DNA of 63,925 bases, filler included, from Craspedostauros australis (Eukaryota): assembly GCA_030167865.1 (NCBI GenBank). It is 6 parts of 6 records of this genome, joined end to end, with 100 filler letters (N's around TTAATTAATTAA, not from the genome) between each part and the next. Parts side by side here need not be neighbours in the genome. Positions count along the whole stretch, not along the records: positions 53,074 to 60,459 come from JALAGF010004505.1; positions 60,560 to 62,616 come from JALAGF010004508.1; positions 62,717 to 63,925 come from JALAGF010004586.1; 3 more parts are not named here. One strand, 5' to 3'. Under the pieces are notes generated by a model. That model was given only the letters and a program-made list of their open reading frames with translations. It was not told the DNA's origin and did no database searches. Shown here in pieces: positions 58,508 through 63,925 of this stretch (position 1 is its first letter; every line of letters starts with the position of its first letter). The position numbers and the translations under genes are program-made.

Positions 58508-60459
58508 ATGAAGTTCCTCAAGAAGCTCACGCGAAGGTTCAAACACAAGGACTCCACCAACCCATCGGTAAATGATTTCACTAACACAAAGGATCTGCGG
58601 TCGGCGCTGACAGGCGGCAGCGGCCATGGCAAGGGGACACGTTCTCGTGGAACGAAGCAGCCACCAAGTCGATGGGATTCATCACCATCCACCGTGGAAA
58701 CGATGGACGATGCGACGATCGCTGATCACGCTTCCGACGACCTGCCAATGAGCGAGTCTTCTTCCGACGGCGACGCCGGCAGTGGTACGTCTGACATTCC
58801 CAACACCGGCGAAAGCCTGTGGAAGATCTCCAATGCTGACGCTGCCACATCCAAACCTCAACGCATGGAGGATGAGATGAAACGACTCCAGGTCCTGCAG
58901 AGTTACTTCCTCCTCGACAGCCAGGGATCGCAAGAAGAGAAGGAACAATCGCAGAGGGAATTCGATCGTATCACGCGGTTGGCCCAGATGCTCTTCCCTT
59001 CGCATGACATGGTGGCGCTCATCTCCCTGGTCGACCTAGGGCGGCAGTACTGGCTGTCGCAGGTCGGAATGGACGGTGCCGGCATCTGCGAAACGCCGCG
59101 CAACATCTCCTTCTGCACCCATACCATCCTCAACCAGAAGGACATGCTCTTGGTGGAAGACGCCACCAAGGACCCTCGATTCGCCGACAACGTCTTCGTC
59201 ACCGAACCTCCCCACGTTCGGTTCTACGCCGGCGTCGCCCTCAAGACGCCCGAAGGCTACAACATCGGAACCCTGTGCACGATCGGGACGAAGGATGGCA
59301 TGAACGGACCGATCAAGATCACCGCCAACCAGATCTCGCAGCTGCGGGAGCTGGGCGATCTCGTCGTGGACATTATGGTCTCTCGCCGCGAACGATTCAT
59401 CAAGCGGGAGTACGAACGCCGCACGATGGATCTGGCGGAAGTCTTCCGCTCTACATCCAGCACCATCTCCAAGACGGCACAGGAGTTGCGGCAGCTCGGC
59501 AAGCATTCCATGACGACCCCGCAGGCCAAGTCCGCGCTGTCCAAGGCCATCCAGTCCCTCACCATGCAAGCCCAGATCTGCTCTGCCACCACCAGGACCC
59601 TGATGGAGCAGGATCCGGAGCTCGCGGCCTTGGATGCCATGCATGGCTCCCACTCCAACGCATCATCGGACACCGAGACATCTGGTGATCACAGCGACCG
59701 TACTGCCAGCGACGGGAATGACGGTCCAGACGAGACGATCGCATCAGACACCATCTTGGCGCCCACCAGCATCTCATCAATGACCGCGGCATTCCAAGAT
59801 GATCTCAACGACATCCTGTACCCCATCGTTGACATGGTGCAGCTGTACACCAACCTCGATCGCATCATGGCGTCCTTTCCCAAGACCACCACCACCACGA
59901 TCGAGTTCGTGAAGGGGATTCCCAAGAAGATCGTCGCGGAGGATCTCCTTCTCTTCAAGTCATGCCTCTTCATGTTGACGGAAACCACCAACCGCTTCAG
60001 CAGGAATGGCGCCAGCAATCACACCAACGAGATCCACCTCCGCGTCCGCACCAACAACACACAAGATGATCTCATCGTAGAATGCGAGCAGAACGCCACT
60101 GCCGAGACACTGATGACGCCCCACCAGGCCAAGGCGCTGTTCGCCTCCAAAAAGAGCTTGCTGCATTCCGTCTCTACCATGGTCAAGACGATGGGAGGGA
60201 CAACCGGCTTTTTCCAAGGCAAGCTGAAGGATGCCAAGGGCACACCGAACAACATCATTTGGTTCAAGATGCCCCTGCAGCTTCCGGAACAGTACGATGG
60301 TCCATGGATGGACAGCAGCAACCAATCGAACGAGACCGCATCAGCGCACACAGCCAAGCTCTATCTGGCCAAAGCATTGAAGCACACTCATCACGATAGT
60401 CAGCAGCAACAAAGAAAACAGCAAAAACAGCAAGCCTCCCTCCTCTCACCACGAACGAT
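58508..60459 (+). CDS. GAF-domain sensor with degenerate histidine-kinase-like C-terminus; completed by 53158-53242
   Basis: E..RLQVLQSY.LLDS, FDRITRLA, ALISLVD..RQ, SFCTHTI, DATKDPRFADN.FV...PHVRFYAG..L..PEG..IGTLC is a classic GAF domain. The C-terminal MVKTMGGTTG...IWFKMP resembles the end of a HATPase domain. Confidence 0.85.
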
Positions 60460-60647
60460 NNNNNNNNNNNNNNNNNNNNNNNNNNNNNNNNNNNNNNNNN
60501 NNNTTAATTAATTAANNNNNNNNNNNNNNNNNNNNNNNNNNNNNNNNNNNNNNNNNNNNGCCGCCTATCAAGCTGGCTCCCAACCTCTACGCGATTTGCC
60601 TCGTTGGCAAGAAAAACATTGCACGCAAAGCAAGGTGCATTCTCGCC

Positions 60648-62616
60648 ATGTCTGTCTCTCCACGCCAGTGTACTAACCTCCTCTCGCGACACAAGAGCGA
60701 ACTTCCTGACGATCAGCGTCTTCGCCTCTTGCCAGAGCAATACACCATCACACGAGGCCAGCTCCTCACTCTGCGCAACTACTACGAGCTCTTGCGCGAG
60801 GGCAATGTGCTTGGTGCTGCTGTTCACGACTATCGTGTCAGCACATACAGCTTGGCNNNNNNNNNGTCCTTCATCAGCAACACAACCACATACAAGGTGG
60901 GCCTTTGTCACACTATCAAATTGGGAGGGGTGATATTTGAAAACGTGCCAGTATTCGAATGTGGCAGAACGAGCGTAGACAAGCTGTTCCACATGTACAA
61001 GATTACGACGAACAATCCAGTCAGCAAGCCAGCATTCCAAGCAATGACGGGCCTGCTCACACGCAGAGGCAAAGTTATTACTGGTCTCTCCTCTTTTGAA
61101 AACTACTTCTGGATGGCAACCAAGACGCTGAAGGAGATGCTCGTGCGCTTGAATACCCTACTCGAGGATTCATTCAACAGTGATGACGGACACGACGACC
61201 TAACCGTGGAGTATATTCAAACCTGTGAGACATTGGTGCGCGATCTGGACCTAATGATCACATGCCTCAAGTGGGAGTATACTGNGTNGCACATGCAGAT
61301 CAAGTGCAAAGAAGACTGCATGCACTGCGCTCATTTCGCGCTTCGCNGCGATCCAAAAACGNGACAGGCTAAATCTACACTCAACACCACCACCACAACA
61401 GCACCTGCCAGCACCGATATGACATGCGTGGTCATTCATCCTCCCACAACAACAACAGAGTGTGATGCCAATGCCATTCCTCCCATCGCTCATGATCAAC
61501 AAGGCAAAGTATGCGACAGATGTGGAGACGCGATGCGATTCATGGATGTTCGCGTCGCACCATTCATCGAGACGCTCAAGGCCGATCATCTTGGCGACCA
61601 TGAGGATGAATTAGGCAGTATGCTGGAGGCGGTACTGGGCTTCTACAATTAGATCACTGTGTACATGGCACACCAAGTGAGAGCAAAGGTCCAATTCAAT
61701 CAGATGAACAAGTACAAGGCCAAGCTCAACAACAATGACAAGTGCACCTATGTCGTCATCAACCATAAGCAGAAGATTCTGCTGACAGCGCAAGGAGAAT
61801 TGCAGACAGAGTACTGGGGCAAGAAGGGCATGTCGCTCCTTGGTGTTATGATTGTCACTTGCAAAGATGACGAATTCACGTATCGCTTTGTTGATATAAT
61901 TGTTCATGACCTGCCAACCCAAGACACACTTAAAGTTGGTGGGCTTCTCAAAGCCATCCAGAAGAAGGTACGCGATCTCCTACCATCGGTGACAGAAATC
62001 ATCCTGCAGTCAGACAACGCTGGCTGCTTTGCCAGCCACGAGCACATTGCGCTCGTCTCATCACGGATCAACAAGAATGCGTCATGCAACGGACTTCCCC
62101 AATTTGTTGTTTGGATCTACACAGAAGCCCAAACAGGCAAAGGGCGAATCTACACTCACTTCGCCTACATCACTATTGTACTACGATCCTATGTGCAAAG
62201 TGGCGGCAAGATTCAAACCGAACACGAAATTGTCGTCGCGATGCGAATGGGAAATATCAGAGGTACTACCACCGTCTTGGTTGACGCATCGGGTTTGAAA
62301 GGTCGCTGTGTGACGCACAAGACAAATACACGCATCAGGTTCCGCGCGAAGGGCATGAATATACGATCAACGCACGAGGTGCAACACAGAAACGGCTACG
62401 CAGACGTACTTACAGCTTCAAATGTTACTGATCCAGTGCATGTGGAGGAAGCTGAATGGGAAGACTATGACGTCATGAATTCCGAGGTTCCTATCATGAT
62501 AGAACACCAGTCCACACAAGAGCCACTCGCAGCAACATCACCACGGAAGCAGAAAAAGACCCTCAGGTTCGCGAAGAGTGCCACCGAAAGCAAGGCGCTG
62601 ACGTACCTCGAAGGGA
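60648..62616 (+). mobile_element. Degenerate DDD DNA transposase, Sola-like (tentative)
   Basis: Same-frame ORFs split by TAG at 61650; Cys/His clusters, Q.EYWGKKGMS, ILQSDNAGCF, EAQTGKG.I.THF. Two presumed catalytic Asp appear changed (INHKQK, RIYTHF). Confidence 0.65.
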
Positions 62617-63065
62617 NNNNNNNNNNNNNNNNNNNNNNNNNNNNNNNNNNNNNNNNNNNNTTAATTAATTAANNNNNNNNNNNNNNNNNNNNNNNNNNNN
62701 NNNNNNNNNNNNNNNNGCATTCATCGATCGGGAAATTCACACGGTCCCGTCTGGCCTTCCATCCGTCGGTCAGTCACAATTCGAGACATCGCGCACGGAT
62801 CAACGGCAGTCCACTCGTGACATCACGTTCCCGCTGACGCCTTCGCCATCACTGGCGCTTTCCATCCGGCACCACTTCCATTCCCGACGAATTCCGACAA
62901 GCGCAGAAATCCACCGTCACATCCCGGCGAACACTTCGACATCACAGCGGACGGCNCAGTCATTTCCAAGTGTGACCACTTTCCTGGGAGCTGCGGGAAA
63001 ATACTCGTCCGATAATAATAACAAATTGGACCAACGACCACGTCCTCGCAACACCCAGCTACACG

Positions 63066-63925
63066 ATGTCCAACGCAATCCCAATCAACGACACCATCCT
63101 GGCGCACGTCCTCAGCGTTCTCGGATATGACGACTCGTCTACCGAATGGCTTATCNNNNNNNNNNNNNNNNNNNNNNNNNNNNNNNNNNNNNNNNNNNNN
63201 NNNNNNNNNNNNNNNNNNNNNNNNNNNNNNNNNNNNNNNNNNNNNNNNNNNNNNNNNNNNNNNNNNNNNNNNNNNNNNNNNNNNNNNNNNNNNNNNNNNT
63301 CCAATGCCATTGGCTGGTTCAGTGTTCAACCTAGTCCCACTGTAGAGACATGGCGGGAACTCAACCCAGCTTCATACATGGAGTATGTCGCCCGGACGTT
63401 CACACCCTCGCCCGCATCCTCAGCCGCCATGCCTGACGCAACCACCAGTGCATTCCCTTTCGAACCAACGAAGACCGAACCAACGGAGAAGACCGGACGC
63501 GACCTCGCCGCAGAGTTCAACCGCAGCATCAAACGTAACATTAGCGACTATCCCAAGTTGTCTGATGACAAGTACTTCGCTACGTTCCATCGTCGTCTGC
63601 GTGCCACTGCTGCTGCTCATGGCATCTCCAATGTTCTCGATGTTGACTACACCCCGCCCGATGAACAAGCNGAGCTCTTCAANGTGCAGTCCACCTTCCT
63701 GTTCAACGTGTTTGTATCCAACCTGCAGACCACGAAGAGTAGGAAGTGTGTCACTCCGTACGAGTCGATCTGTGATGGGCAAGCCGTCTACTGCATGCTG
63801 GTTCGCGAGTACACCACTGGTGCTACTGCTGTCAACACCATCCGACGCATCCGCGACGACATCATCAAGTTCAAGCTGGATAAGCAGTGGCGCAAGACTC
63901 GTGAGCAGTTCCTGGACCTGTGGCA
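63066..63925 (+). mobile_element. Copia (CoDi-type) gag, N-terminal part, runs off the window
   Basis: EFNRSIKRNISDYPKL.DD..F..F.R...ATA.AHG..NVLD.DY.P.....LF..Q...F.VF...LQT......V......DGQAVY..L resembles diatom Copia gag. Confidence 0.75.

Overview
Eukaryotic draft-assembly window, almost certainly from a diatom (inferred from CoDi-type Copia elements, GC/PDE receptors, an algal-type NOX and short GT-AG introns). It consists of six contigs joined by artificial 44N-TTAATTAATTAA-44N linkers, so adjacency across linkers is unproven. Contig 1 (1-29131) is gene-rich: RING-H2 ligase, spliced SRP19, a cryptic 3-exon Cys-rich gene, TruA, a six-repeat DUF6174-like surface protein, a GSTCD-like methyltransferase, a 10-TM NADPH oxidase, COA5/PET191, a Gag1-like clamp protein and a cyclase-PDE fusion. 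Contig 2 (29232-38143) is a nest of Copia LTR retrotransposons. Its LTR family appears to end in non-canonical AGTT...AACT with the PBS overlapping the LTR, carries E2F-type sites, and its Pol has extra TM and unknown domains. Contig 3 holds a second cyclase-PDE receptor, a solute-binding-protein/kinase/pseudo-cyclase receptor and a SIM/ubiquitin-binding ADP-ribosyltransferase-like gene. Contig 4 (53074-60459) has an 84-bp direct terminal repeat across which a GAF/pseudo-histidine-kinase ORF reads in frame (circle or collapsed tandem array), plus a piggyBac relic with two solo LTRs. Contigs 5 and 6 are transposon fragments. All family calls come from motif recognition by eye; no searches were run.
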